The notes beneath the pieces are model-generated. The model searched no databases. It was not told the DNA's origin and saw only the letters and a list, made by a program, of their open reading frames with translations. A stretch of DNA of 64,000 bases, taken from positions 284,924 to 348,923 of the IMG/VR virus record IMGVR_UViG_3300014494_000005. One strand, 5' to 3'. Below are positions 9,725 through 19,668 of the stretch, piece after piece. Numbering within the stretch: position 1 is the first letter of the stretch; each line of letters opens with the position of its first letter. Both the position numbers and the translations under genes were made by a program.

Positions 9725-10201
9725 ATGAAAACAATACACGCAGATTTTACAACAATAAAATATCCTGTTGGTGACTATATTCAATACAATATTCCAATTA
9801 TTAAGTATATGGGAGATAAAATCAAATTAATTCTAATTGAAAAGAAATTAAATACCGATGCACAAATTAATTTGATTTGTAGTGGTTCATCTGGTGCTAT
9901 TATTGCTTCAATTATTGCAACAATTCTTTATGATAAATTTGAAAAGGTATGTATTCGTTACATAAAAAAAGATGGTGAAAATAGTCATGGATTTAGTTAT
10001 ATGTGTAGTGAATGGTTTAAAGGTTTTAATATTATTGTTGATGATTTTATTACTACTGGTGCAACAATGAAATATATTTTTAATAAAATCAATAATAATA
10101 CTAAAGTTGATTTAATTGCTGTTAGCGAAATTGATTGTGATTGGCTTAATAGTATTAATTATCTTAGAAAAAAGAAAGTTGGAATTTTATTAACTAAATA
10201 G
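9725..10201 (+). CDS. type I phosphoribosyltransferase-fold protein, paralog 2
   Basis: IIVDDFITTGAT; closely similar to preceding ORF. Confidence 0.8.
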   Translation: MKTIHADFTTIKYPVGDYIQYNIPIIKYMGDKIKLILIEKKLNTDAQINLICSGSSGAIIASIIATILYDKFEKVCIRYIKKDGENSHGFSYMCSEWFKGFNIIVDDFITTGATMKYIFNKINNNTKVDLIAVSEIDCDWLNSINYLRKKKVGILLTK

Positions 10202-10257
10202 TAACTTTTTTACTTAATGTCCGTATACTCATTATAAACCAATAAAAACAAAAAGCG

Positions 10258-10611
10258 ATGAATCAAATTAATGAAAAAATTGATTATCAGAAAATCACAA
10301 AGAGTTGCAGAAATCTGAATGTAAAAGAACTTATGCAATTACTTCATATTAACGTTTCGATTTTCTGGTCATGGGGTGCTCATGCCTTCATAGTTGACGA
10401 CAAACGCAATACCAGAATGTTTAGAATGGCTGTGCAAGGAAATCATCATAACGGTCATGTATATATCTTTGTAAATGGTTTGGATTTATTTGATGTTTAT
10501 CTAACCACATTGCAGGGAACTATTAAGGACAAAATTGAAGGATTGTACTTTGACCAATTAGTTGAATGGATTGACGAGAAAATTGAAAAAATTCCTGCTT
10601 ATTCACATTAA
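10258..10611 (+). CDS. conserved hypothetical phage protein
   Basis: ORF track; own promoter and leader. Confidence 0.85.
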   Translation: MNQINEKIDYQKITKSCRNLNVKELMQLLHINVSIFWSWGAHAFIVDDKRNTRMFRMAVQGNHHNGHVYIFVNGLDLFDVYLTTLQGTIKDKIEGLYFDQLVEWIDEKIEKIPAYSH

Positions 10612-10616
10612 GAAAT

Positions 10617-10640
10617 AAGGGACAGATTGTCCCTTTTTTT
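10617..10640 (+). terminator. intrinsic terminator
   Basis: AAGGGACA-gat-TGTCCCTT plus T run. Confidence 0.8.
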
Positions 10641-10701
10641 GTCCCTTATAATGTAACTTTTTTATTTAAAATTCGTATACAATTATATAAAAACAAAAGC
10701 A

Positions 10702-10920
10702 ATGTTAAAACCAATTGACATAGGAACGTTAATAAGAACGCCAGTTAGTGAATTACAAAAACACGTAGTTGAATTATTTCATAATACCGATGAATATAAA
10801 ACCGAAGTTATTATAAATGGTGGTGAGATATTATATTCACCTTGTGGAATGTTCATTTATCTTTATAATGAAAATCTGGATACATTAAATTGGATGTTAG
10901 AACTTGGTATATTAAATTAA
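10702..10920 (+). CDS. hypothetical protein
   Basis: ORF track; own promoter. Confidence 0.8.
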   Translation: MLKPIDIGTLIRTPVSELQKHVVELFHNTDEYKTEVIINGGEILYSPCGMFIYLYNENLDTLNWMLELGILN

Positions 10921-10970
10921 ACTGTAACATTTTTGTATATTGTCCGTATAATAAACTAAAACCAAAAGCA

Positions 10971-11339
10971 ATGGAAAAAATAGAAATTACAATCAGTCAG
11001 GAATTAACTCCGCAAGATATCAATGATATTGTTAGTACAGCATTAGAAGGTGGTATTAATTACTGGTGCGGTGGAGCAATTATTAAAGATGTACCCGCAA
11101 AAGCAGAAGGAAAATATGATTTTGCAAGTGATGTTATTTCAGTTGGTGGAACGCTTGAATTATACGATGCAGAAAGTCCTGACAGATGGGAACTAAATCT
11201 TGAAAAATTATTAAATGGAATTAAAATGCATTGTACAAAAATTGGTAAAACTCCATTAGAACTAATGGATGATTATGATGCCTGTGATGCTGATTGCATT
11301 GTACAATATGCAGTAATGGGAGAAATAGTATTTGGCTAA
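10971..11339 (+). CDS. conserved hypothetical phage protein (start moved to 10971)
   Basis: promoter 10923 and leader AAAGCAATG; DIVSTALEGGINYW...DACDADCIVQYA..GEIVFG. Confidence 0.85.
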   Translation: MEKIEITISQELTPQDINDIVSTALEGGINYWCGGAIIKDVPAKAEGKYDFASDVISVGGTLELYDAESPDRWELNLEKLLNGIKMHCTKIGKTPLELMDDYDACDADCIVQYAVMGEIVFG

Positions 11340-11383
11340 AAATATAATCATTAGTTTTGTTTCATTGTCTTTATATTGGTTTG

Positions 11384-11424
11384 CCCCTGTGCTTCATTTA
11401 ACCAGAATGACACAGGGGTTTTTT
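11384..11424. terminator. terminator between convergent genes
   Basis: CCCCTGTG...CACAGGGG plus T run. Confidence 0.75.
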
Positions 11425-11752
11425 ATGCTTCATATTTTAAGATATAATTTTGTATTTCGTGGTTACTTAAATGTACAGTTTTTTGTTTGTGTTTACTGTC
11501 ATTAATAATTGTAATGATAAATTCGTTCTTCAATGTACTATAAGTAATTTTTAGTATCCTATCATACCAAAAATTAAAGTTTTCGATATTGTACTTAATA
11601 TCTAAAACTGTGCTAATCATAGTTTTTAGTTCGTTCATCATAGTATAGTGTTTGTTCATTACATAATTACTACATTTCGTCACAAATTCCAAATAAAAGT
11701 AGATGATAGAAATCATCATTTTATATGTTTCTTTAGCTATAATAATGTACAA
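11423..11752 (-). CDS. hypothetical protein inserted against block orientation (start uncertain)
   Basis: ORF track. Confidence 0.6.
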   Translation of the reverse strand: MYIIIAKETYKMMISIIYFYLEFVTKCSNYVMNKHYTMMNELKTMISTVLDIKYNIENFNFWYDRILKITYSTLKNEFIITIINDSKHKQKTVHLSNHEIQNYILKYEA

Positions 11753-11824
11753 GTTTTATTTAAAATAACGTAACCTTTTTAATTAAAAACCGTATATACT
11801 AATGTACTAAAAATAAAACATATT

Positions 11825-12133
11825 ATGGAAAATCTAAATGAAAAACAACAATTAATTTCTTTATGTTATAAAGAAGTTAAACCAAATAATTTTGTTAAAA
11901 CAATTGGTTTTCATTTACTTCATTATAATATGGAAACTAAAAAATGGAGTAATTATTTTTTAGGTAAAAATGACCAAATTTGTATATGGCAGACTGTTAA
12001 ATATGAACAAACAGAATTTAGTACTTTATCTGCATTTCTTAGATACACAGAATGTTTTACAAAAACTACATTTTATAATACAGATACAGATTTTTCTATT
12101 TTAACACTTCTTGAAGTTTTTTCTAATATGTAA
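11825..12133 (+). CDS. hypothetical protein
   Basis: ORF track; own promoter. Confidence 0.8.
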   Translation: MENLNEKQQLISLCYKEVKPNNFVKTIGFHLLHYNMETKKWSNYFLGKNDQICIWQTVKYEQTEFSTLSAFLRYTECFTKTTFYNTDTDFSILTLLEVFSNM

Positions 12134-12193
12134 ATTGTAACCTTTTTAAATAAAATCCGTATTATCTACATAAACCAATAAAAACAGAAAGCA

Positions 12194-12754
12194 ATGGAAG
12201 CAGTTAAAACAATTCAGTACAAAAATCACATTATTAATATCATTCCAGATGAATTTTATAATAGTGATACTATGCTTGGCGAAGATGAAGAAGTATTTTT
12301 GCTTTATTATCACAGGGACTTCTACATTAAAAAAGATGGTTTTCCTGAACCTAAATCAAATGAAGATATTAAAGCATTGAAAAAAGATTATTTCTTATTT
12401 ATTGTCTATGCTTATATTCATTCAGGCGTTTCATTATCACTTGGCAATGATACATATCCTTTCAATGACCAGTGGGACGTTTCAAATTGTGGTTATGTTT
12501 TAATTAAAAAAGATTCTGGTATTGATAAACCCAGAGAAGCAGCACAATCATTGATTGATGAATATAATGATGTATTGTCCGGCAATGTTTATGGTTATCA
12601 AGTTACTTTTAATGATGAAGTAACTGATAGCTGTTGGGGTTTTGTTGGTGATATTGACAAGTCTGGCATTATTGATGAAGCAAAAGGAATTATTGATTAT
12701 AATGTTGAACACAATAAGGAAAAATTTGCTGAACAATTGACATTGGAATTATAA
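12194..12754 (+). CDS. conserved hypothetical phage protein
   Basis: YAYIHSGVSLS...WD...G..YGY...DSCWGFVG pattern. Confidence 0.85.
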   Translation: MEAVKTIQYKNHIINIIPDEFYNSDTMLGEDEEVFLLYYHRDFYIKKDGFPEPKSNEDIKALKKDYFLFIVYAYIHSGVSLSLGNDTYPFNDQWDVSNCGYVLIKKDSGIDKPREAAQSLIDEYNDVLSGNVYGYQVTFNDEVTDSCWGFVGDIDKSGIIDEAKGIIDYNVEHNKEKFAEQLTLEL

Positions 12755-12853
12755 AACAACATTGTTCAATGTACATAAAAGAGGTTGCTATAATGCAACC
12801 TTTTTAATTAAAATCCGTATACTATTATTATAAACCAAATAAAACAAAACAAA

Positions 12854-13192
12854 ATGGAAAAGATAATAACTAATAAAATTTTGACAATAAAGGCATACAT
12901 AGCATTTGCTGAATTTGTTGCAAAACCTGAAAATCTAAATTCATTAATAACCAAATTGGAATTAATTGAAAAAGAAATTAAACGAGGTAAAAATACCGAT
13001 AAAGGTTTATGGTTTAGATTTTTTAAAGGTGATACTGCAGCCACAACAATTGATAATTTGAAAGATACATTTGAAATCGAAACGCCAATGTACATAAGTA
13101 GTACTTCAACAGCCAAAAAAAATAAAGAATATATGATTGAAAATATTTGTATTGCTTTAAATGAAGTATCTTTACAATTATATTATTCATAA
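12854..13192 (+). CDS. hypothetical protein
   Basis: ORF track; own promoter. Confidence 0.8.
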   Translation: MEKIITNKILTIKAYIAFAEFVAKPENLNSLITKLELIEKEIKRGKNTDKGLWFRFFKGDTAATTIDNLKDTFEIETPMYISSTSTAKKNKEYMIENICIALNEVSLQLYYS

Positions 13193-13269
13193 ATCGTAAC
13201 TATTTTAAATAAAATCCGTATACTCATTATAATTAAGTTACAAGTATAAACCAATAAAAACAAAAAGCA

Positions 13270-13803
13270 ATGGGACAATATTACAAACCAGTGAATTTAG
13301 ACAAAAAGAAATTTGTTTATTCACACGACTACGGAAACGGTCTTAAATTAATGGAACATTCTTGGATTGACAATGATTTTGTTGCAATAGTTGAAAACCT
13401 TATTAAAAAAGGTGGCGACTGGTACGGCAATAGAATTGTTTGGGCAGGTGACTACGCTGAAAATGAACCAAAAAGAGAACACAATCTTTATCACATTGTT
13501 GGTGAAAATAAAATCACTCCCAATACAAAAAGAAATCCAAAACTCCGGTATTTAAAAAACTTAGATACAAAAGAATTTGTCAATCTCAGCAAAGTACCTG
13601 TAAGTGACGTTTATAACAATTTTAAATTCAGGATTCACCCTCTACCATTATTAACTTGTGAAGGTAACGGACAAGGTGGTGGCGATTACTTTGGCGAAGA
13701 TAAAAACAAATTGATTGGAAAATGGGCAAGAAACAGGGTTACAATACAATCACATAAACCCAAAGATGGAATTGAAATTGTTTTTGATTTGATTGAAAAA
13801 TAA
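13270..13803 (+). CDS. conserved hypothetical phage protein
   Basis: MGQYYKPVNLD...GLKLMEH...RIVWAGDYA pattern. Confidence 0.85.
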   Translation: MGQYYKPVNLDKKKFVYSHDYGNGLKLMEHSWIDNDFVAIVENLIKKGGDWYGNRIVWAGDYAENEPKREHNLYHIVGENKITPNTKRNPKLRYLKNLDTKEFVNLSKVPVSDVYNNFKFRIHPLPLLTCEGNGQGGGDYFGEDKNKLIGKWARNRVTIQSHKPKDGIEIVFDLIEK

Positions 13804-13931
13804 TCATTGTTCAATGTACATAAAAAGAGGTTGCTAATAATGCAACCTTTTTTATTTAAAATATATTCGTATATTTGTAACTATTTTATTTAAGATTCGT
13901 ATATACTAATATAAACTAAATAATAAAAATC

Positions 13932-14828
13932 ATGAGCAGACGAGTTAAAAAAACCAAAGTAGGTGCAACAGTTTGTACCATTGGCGACCTTCAATTTGAT
14001 GTTGAAATTCGCAACGAAACAATGACATGTAATAAAGAATATAGCCGTAAGGTTATAGGACAAATTAATGGCAGTGATTTTCTTTTAAATCAGTGTTCAG
14101 ACATTTACACCTTGGTGAAAAATACTGACATATTCCCAAACATTGAAAAGGTGTTAAATGATAATAATATCAAATTCAGTGTAACATATTCTCACATTAA
14201 CAACGTCAGATTTTATGCTGACTATATCATTGAAGACCAACGTTATTCTTATCACATGAATGGCACAACCGATTATGTTAAACCAATGTTAAGAGTTCAA
14301 CATTCTTACAATGGATTAACTAAATACAGAATTGTTTTCGGTTATTACCGCCTTGTTTGTACCAATGGAGCTACTATTCCAGTAGAACAAATGAAAAATT
14401 TCAATCTTTGTATTGTTGGAAAACATACTTTATCAATTGAACGTAGCTTTAATGAACTTGATAAAATGTTGAAGAACTTTGCTGTCAATGCAAAACAGAT
14501 AACCGAAGAAATAACTGCAAAGTACGAGTTACTTGGTGGTCGTATGGTTACCAAACTTGAAGACCGGGTAAAAGAAGTATTGAACGCTGTTAAAATACCA
14601 ATAGTTGATAATTCAAAGTTTAGTACATTGAATTACATTATAGGTAAAGCAAAAAATGAAGCAGATGACAGCGTTGGAAATCTTGGCTATCATGGAGTAG
14701 TAAACGATTTTCTTGTGTATAATGCAATTAATCAATACTTAAATGATAATAGTCGTAATATTGCCGTTCCTGAAAAACGTATGGAAACAGATTCAAAAGT
14801 ATTTGAATATATGCTTGAAAATGCTTAA
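13932..14828 (+). CDS. DUF932-like protein
   Basis: PMLRVQHSYNG...FGYYRLVCTNG signature (recalled). Confidence 0.7.
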   Translation: MSRRVKKTKVGATVCTIGDLQFDVEIRNETMTCNKEYSRKVIGQINGSDFLLNQCSDIYTLVKNTDIFPNIEKVLNDNNIKFSVTYSHINNVRFYADYIIEDQRYSYHMNGTTDYVKPMLRVQHSYNGLTKYRIVFGYYRLVCTNGATIPVEQMKNFNLCIVGKHTLSIERSFNELDKMLKNFAVNAKQITEEITAKYELLGGRMVTKLEDRVKEVLNAVKIPIVDNSKFSTLNYIIGKAKNEADDSVGNLGYHGVVNDFLVYNAINQYLNDNSRNIAVPEKRMETDSKVFEYMLENA

Positions 14829-14904
14829 GCAATGTACAAAAAAAAATGACCTTGTATTGTAACAAATGCAGGGTTTTTTCGTATAATAATTATAAAACAA
14901 AATA

Positions 14905-15078
14905 ATGGATAAAGAACTTGATGCACTTATGTTTGCAGTAAATGAGAAAGCAAATAAATCGAATGAAATTATGAATCAAAGTACTAGTGACATTGAAGAA
15001 TATAATTTTCATAAAGGTCAGTTTCAAGCATATTCAGAAGTTTACACTATGCTCGATAATATTAGGCAATCTTTGTAA
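14905..15078 (+). CDS. small hypothetical protein (57 aa, below ORF-track cutoff)
   Basis: MDKELDALMFAVNEK...NIRQSL after promoter 14858. Confidence 0.7.
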   Translation: MDKELDALMFAVNEKANKSNEIMNQSTSDIEEYNFHKGQFQAYSEVYTMLDNIRQSL

Positions 15079-15132
15079 CATATTGTCCAGAATTTCGTAT
15101 AATTATTATAAACCAATTAAAAAAATAAAGCT

Positions 15133-15390
15133 ATGTTACTACAAACCGAAGACAATAAAAAAATGTACTTAGTTCAATTAACCGATTTTAATGGAAATGA
15201 AATTGGATTGTACTTAGTTCCTGAGAATGTACCGCAAACTCAATTTGAAGAAGAAATTGAAAAGTATGGTGACCAAAGTGAATTTGATGAAAACAACGAA
15301 TTGGGTGTTGTAAGAGTTTTCGCAGAAGAAAGTATTTTGAGTGTTGTAAGAATTTTCGCAGAAGAAAGTATTGTTGATGTTGATTTTTAA
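15133..15390 (+). CDS. hypothetical protein with 36-bp internal duplication
   Basis: 15301-15336 and 15337-15372 (LGVVRVFAEESI / LSVVRIFAEESI). Confidence 0.8.
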   Translation: MLLQTEDNKKMYLVQLTDFNGNEIGLYLVPENVPQTQFEEEIEKYGDQSEFDENNELGVVRVFAEESILSVVRIFAEESIVDVDF

Positions 15391-15402
15391 AACATAAAGC
15401 AA

Positions 15403-15674
15403 ATGAAAAAAGGTTTTAAAATAGGTGACAAAGTATATTGGAGACTAATGATGGTAATATTATAAGCAGATGGTCAAGTAATAGAGACGATGGTAAAGAT
15501 ACTGTCTTTCTTGAACTTAATTTAAAACGAGAATTTAAAATTGATAGTATATTATTATTTCTTGGTAACTATAAACAAACGTATAATCTGTATATATCAT
15601 CTGCAGATACAAGCAATATGATATTAATAGGTAGTGAAAAACATACTCCAATTCCTGTGTATATAAAACATTAA
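15403..15674 (+). pseudogene. probable frameshifted gene
   Basis: ATG 15403 gives MKKGFKIGDKVYW; the long frame (ETNDGNII...) continues one base out of register. Confidence 0.45.
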
Positions 15675-15680
15675 AAAACA

Positions 15681-16019
15681 ATGGATGATATTAATGATTT
15701 TCTTGAAAACGAAAAAAATAATTTAGCTTCCAGTATTCAAAAATTTCTTGACTACAAATATAGAGACACAGTAAAAAAAGAAATTGGTGATAGAATTAAT
15801 GTAGTTGATTTTTCAAGTGTAACTCATGTAAACGGTGATGAACTTGAACCCGAAGAATATGATACAGATGATAATATACAAACATTTATGGTTATCGAAA
15901 CTAATCAAAAATATCAATTCCGGTCTTGTCATAAAACATATTCTCAAAACTTAATTATTGTTAATCTTAAAGATAAAAAACAATATAGAGTTAATTCTAG
16001 TCATGTAAAACTATTATGA
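15681..16019 (+). CDS. hypothetical protein
   Basis: ORF track. Confidence 0.8.
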   Translation: MDDINDFLENEKNNLASSIQKFLDYKYRDTVKKEIGDRINVVDFSSVTHVNGDELEPEEYDTDDNIQTFMVIETNQKYQFRSCHKTYSQNLIIVNLKDKKQYRVNSSHVKLL

Positions 16020-16020
16020 T

Positions 16021-16341
16021 ATGAACAAAAGAAATGCTATTATAGGTATCAAAGATATCATTAAGAAATATGGTGAAACTACCTCAATATATCTTAAGCT
16101 CAAAATTGAAGATAAACCTTGCTTAAGTTTAATTGTTAAAGGTAAAGAAATAAAATGTATATTTGTCGAATTGTATAATAAAGATAGTGTTACTGCTATT
16201 ACCAATATTAATGGTTATTTTAAAGAAAGTAATATTATTCCTTATGAAAATATTCCTGAACCAATATTAAATCAAATACTGAAACTATTAAAACATTACG
16301 AAAAAAGAAAAGTAGGAAATAAATACTTTGATATTTTGTAA
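16021..16341 (+). CDS. hypothetical protein
   Basis: ORF track. Confidence 0.75.
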   Translation: MNKRNAIIGIKDIIKKYGETTSIYLKLKIEDKPCLSLIVKGKEIKCIFVELYNKDSVTAITNINGYFKESNIIPYENIPEPILNQILKLLKHYEKRKVGNKYFDIL

Positions 16342-16388
16342 CATTTTTAATTAAAATCCGTATAATCATATATAACATTTAAATAACT

Positions 16389-16461
16389 GATAGTTGTAAC
16401 TGGAAACAGGGACCGAGTAGACCGAAGAGTGCACTGAACTCAGATGTTAGAATCGTTCTAA
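16389..16461 (+). ncRNA. candidate small RNA, family copy A
   Basis: no ORF after promoter 16337; GTTG-hairpin(CTG-GAAA-CAG)-GAGTAGAC-N23-GTTAGAATCGTTCTAA. Confidence 0.6.
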
Positions 16462-16508
16462 ATAATAATTGTCGAAAATGTTTAATATGTAGACAATTAA
16501 AGAAATAA

Positions 16509-16769
16509 TTATATATTTTTTCTAATATTTATATGATTTAATACTTCTATTAATAAAGGATGTTTATAATTTATAATATATGGTTTATCTCGTAAATAAT
16601 TAACATCAACTATTGGTGCACCATATTCATTATCAGTTTCAAATGGAATGTTTTCTTTTTTTAATAACTCAATATATCCCTTTTGTTGTTCAAGTAATGC
16701 TAATTCTAATTCATTTCCAATTTTAACTAAATCTGCATAATAATCAAAATCAATACTATATTGTTTCAT
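16509..16769 (-). CDS. hypothetical protein
   Basis: ORF track. Confidence 0.7.
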   Translation of the reverse strand: MKQYSIDFDYYADLVKIGNELELALLEQQKGYIELLKKENIPFETDNEYGAPIVDVNYLRDKPYIINYKHPLLIEVLNHINIRKNI

Positions 16770-16911
16770 ATTTTTATATTTTAAGTAAAGATAAATACTT
16801 TAAATATAAAATCCTATTCTTTTTTCTTTTTATTTTATTCTATTTGCATTGTACTATATATTGTGTAGTAATATGAAAATATTTACTATTTTTGTATTAA
16901 AATAATAATGT

Positions 16912-17421
16912 ATGAGTATTGAAAATAAAAATGAAAAGCGTAGACAATATTATGCTAAAAATAAAGAAAAAATAATTAAACAAGGAAAACAATGGCGTAT
17001 TAATAATAAAGAAAAGGTTAAAAATAATAAAAGACGATATTATTTAAAAAATAGAGAAAAAATTAAACAACAATGGATTGATAATAAAGAAATTCATAAA
17101 GAATATTATCTTAAATATTGGGACAGATATAAACAATATCGTATTGATAATAAAAAGAAAATAAAAGAAAGTGCAGTAAATAGAATTTATAAAATAACAC
17201 CAGAAAAACAAAACGAATTATATGTTAAACAAAATGGTTGTTGTGCTATATGTGGTATACCAGAAGATAAATTAAACTATTTTTTATCTATTGACCATAA
17301 TCATAAAACTAAAAAAGTAAGAGGATTGTTATGTCATACTTGTAATAGAGGCATTGGATTACTTAAAGATAATATTAATATATTACAAAAAGCAATTGAT
17401 TATATAAAAAATAGTAAATAA
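16912..17421 (+). CDS. endonuclease VII-like HNH nuclease (homing-type)
   Basis: QNGCCAICG...IDHNH...VRGLLCHTCNRGIG; K/Y-rich repeat N-terminus. Confidence 0.9.
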   Translation: MSIENKNEKRRQYYAKNKEKIIKQGKQWRINNKEKVKNNKRRYYLKNREKIKQQWIDNKEIHKEYYLKYWDRYKQYRIDNKKKIKESAVNRIYKITPEKQNELYVKQNGCCAICGIPEDKLNYFLSIDHNHKTKKVRGLLCHTCNRGIGLLKDNINILQKAIDYIKNSK

Positions 17422-17479
17422 TTGTAACATTTTTGGTTTAAATCCGTAATATAACACATAAACCAAAAAACATACACAA

Positions 17480-18307
17480 ATGAAATTCACTACAATTGCT
17501 CAAACAAAAACAGACACGGGCTTGTCTTATCTTGGTTCTGTTAACAAGAGTGCTAAACTTGCTAAGAACGGCAAAATTTCGCACCAATATACATATAGTA
17601 TCTATTTAGCACCTGCTAATATTTCTGGCTATAATGTATGCAGTCATAGTACGCCTGAATGTAGACTAAATTGTTTACATACTTCGGGGCGAAATGGTAT
17701 GGAAATTCTATCAGGTGTTAAGACAATGACAAATGATTGCCGTATTAAGAAAACCAAATTATTTTATGAACAACCTGAATATTTTATGCAATGGTTAATT
17801 GCTGAATTAGAACGGTATCAAAATAAAGCAAAAAAAGACGGTTATGGATTTAGTGTAAGGCTTAATTGTACTTCGGATATAAACTGGCAAACAGTTTTGA
17901 TAAATAGCAAAAATCTGTTTGAATTGTACCCGGACGTGGTTTTTTATGATTATACAAAAAACCCTGCTAAATTCATCAATAAGCCCAAAAATTATCATCT
18001 AACATTTTCATTTACCGGACGTAATGAAATATCATGTAAAGCATTACTTCAAAAAGGATTTAATATTGCAACAATATTTGATATAAAGAATGAAACAGAG
18101 TTGCCAAAAACATTTATGGGTTTTCCTGTTATTAATGGAGACAAAACCGATTATAGAGTTAATGACCCTAAAGGTATTATCGTTGGATTGAAATTTAAGA
18201 GAATTGCTAACCAAAAAGCAGAAAAGGATTGTTTTGTAGTTAATCCAACAACAGATGAACGTTGTCAGAATGTCAATGTACATGAAAATGAATTGACATT
18301 AGTTTAA
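17480..18307 (+). CDS. Gp88-like phage protein
   Basis: CxxxxxxCxxxC, RLNCTSD, FYDYTK, NYHLTFS, GDKTDYR..DP.G.IVGLKFK (recalled family). Confidence 0.75.
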   Translation: MKFTTIAQTKTDTGLSYLGSVNKSAKLAKNGKISHQYTYSIYLAPANISGYNVCSHSTPECRLNCLHTSGRNGMEILSGVKTMTNDCRIKKTKLFYEQPEYFMQWLIAELERYQNKAKKDGYGFSVRLNCTSDINWQTVLINSKNLFELYPDVVFYDYTKNPAKFINKPKNYHLTFSFTGRNEISCKALLQKGFNIATIFDIKNETELPKTFMGFPVINGDKTDYRVNDPKGIIVGLKFKRIANQKAEKDCFVVNPTTDERCQNVNVHENELTLV

Positions 18308-18339
18308 AATATATTATCTTTGTAGTTTATTTTTATAAA

Positions 18340-18540
18340 ATGGCAAACAAAGAGTATAACAAACAATGGTATATTGCAAATAAAGAACATATTAAACAAT
18401 ATAGGATTAATAATTCAGAAAAGATTAAAAATTATATGAAGGATTATTCTGAAAGGAATAAAGAAGCAATAAAATTAAAAAGAAAGAAATATATTAAAGC
18501 AAATAAAGAAAAAATAAAAATACAACAATGGAAAACTTAA
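18340..18540 (+). pseudogene. truncated N-terminus of an HNH-type nuclease
   Basis: NKEHIKQY/NKEKIK repeats like 16912 but no nuclease domain; runs into next leader. Confidence 0.55.
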
Positions 18541-18854
18541 AACTGTCTTTAGTTAAAACTGTAGAATATAATTTAAAACCCTTTGGTAAGTTCTTAATTA
18601 AATGGAACTGTGGCGAAAAATCAAAACAAAATCCAAACATAATACCATTTAGTGAACTTCATTTTGATTATAATACTGGTATGCCATATACTAAAGAACA
18701 ATACAAAGATATTGTTAAGTATATGAAGGCAAACAAAACTGATATACTAACCGAAAATGGTAAGTATTATACAATATTAAGTGAAAATCTGGTTGAATGT
18801 AAACACGGTAAATTAATTGATTATCGAAATAAATTAGAACTTCAAAATGTTTAA
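18528..18854 (+). CDS. hypothetical protein
   Basis: ORF track. Confidence 0.8.
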   Translation: MENLKLSLVKTVEYNLKPFGKFLIKWNCGEKSKQNPNIIPFSELHFDYNTGMPYTKEQYKDIVKYMKANKTDILTENGKYYTILSENLVECKHGKLIDYRNKLELQNV

Positions 18855-18873
18855 CCAATAAAAATATAAAGCA

Positions 18874-19407
18874 ATGAAAGAGCCAAAAATAACATTTAAA
18901 AATGTAAAGACTTTTCGAGGTATGGAAGGAATTGGATTAAACGCTGATATCTATATTAATGGTGTTAAATGTATATTTGTAATTGATGAAGCTAATGGTG
19001 GTGAATATAATTACGAAAATTATGAATATAACAATCCAAAAGCTGAACAGGTAAGAGCAAACATTAAATTAATGGACAATTATATTGCCAGTCTACCTGC
19101 AAAAATTTGTACTGATTTTGGTAAATCAATAAGTATTAAAGTTGATAGAGATACTTATATTAATGATAAATTACTTGAAATTGAAGAACAAAAAGCTGAT
19201 AAGAAAATGCAGAAGTTATTTAAAACAGGTATAGTATTTGGTGTACCAAATAGCGGTAAATATCAATACCTGAACTTCAAACGTCCATTGTCCGAAATAA
19301 TGTCAATGATTGTACAGAGACAAATTAATATTGTTAAGAAAGAGTATTGTAAAAATGGTGAACAAATTCTTAACACCAACCTTGCTAAACTCGGATTAAT
19401 TGTTTAA
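18874..19407 (+). CDS. hypothetical protein
   Basis: ORF track; leader AAAGCAATG. Confidence 0.85.
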   Translation: MKEPKITFKNVKTFRGMEGIGLNADIYINGVKCIFVIDEANGGEYNYENYEYNNPKAEQVRANIKLMDNYIASLPAKICTDFGKSISIKVDRDTYINDKLLEIEEQKADKKMQKLFKTGIVFGVPNSGKYQYLNFKRPLSEIMSMIVQRQINIVKKEYCKNGEQILNTNLAKLGLIV

Positions 19408-19668
19408 TATTGTACAAATGTTTAACCAATAAATAATATAATTATGATGTCAATGTTAGCAATTGCAATAATTGCTTGGTGGCATATATGTCTACCATTA
19501 TCAATAATATTAATTGCATTTTGTATTCTAATAATAGTTGTTAATGCAATAGATTATTAACACTAATGTCCGCAAGTTGTGCGGTGAATAATAATTATAA
19601 TGTCCGCATAATTTTGTAACAATTTAAACCAATGTACGTATATCAATGTACACAAAAACATAAACACA

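Noticed and set aside
9177-10201. NAD+ reconstitution pathway (NARP1) enzymes
   Set aside because: Too short for PRPP-synthetase-like or NAMPT-like proteins, and no partner gene is present.
16441-16461. tRNA T-loop-like GTTAGAATC in the small elements
   Set aside because: No acceptor stem, anticodon arm or CCA; no tRNA gene recognised in the window.
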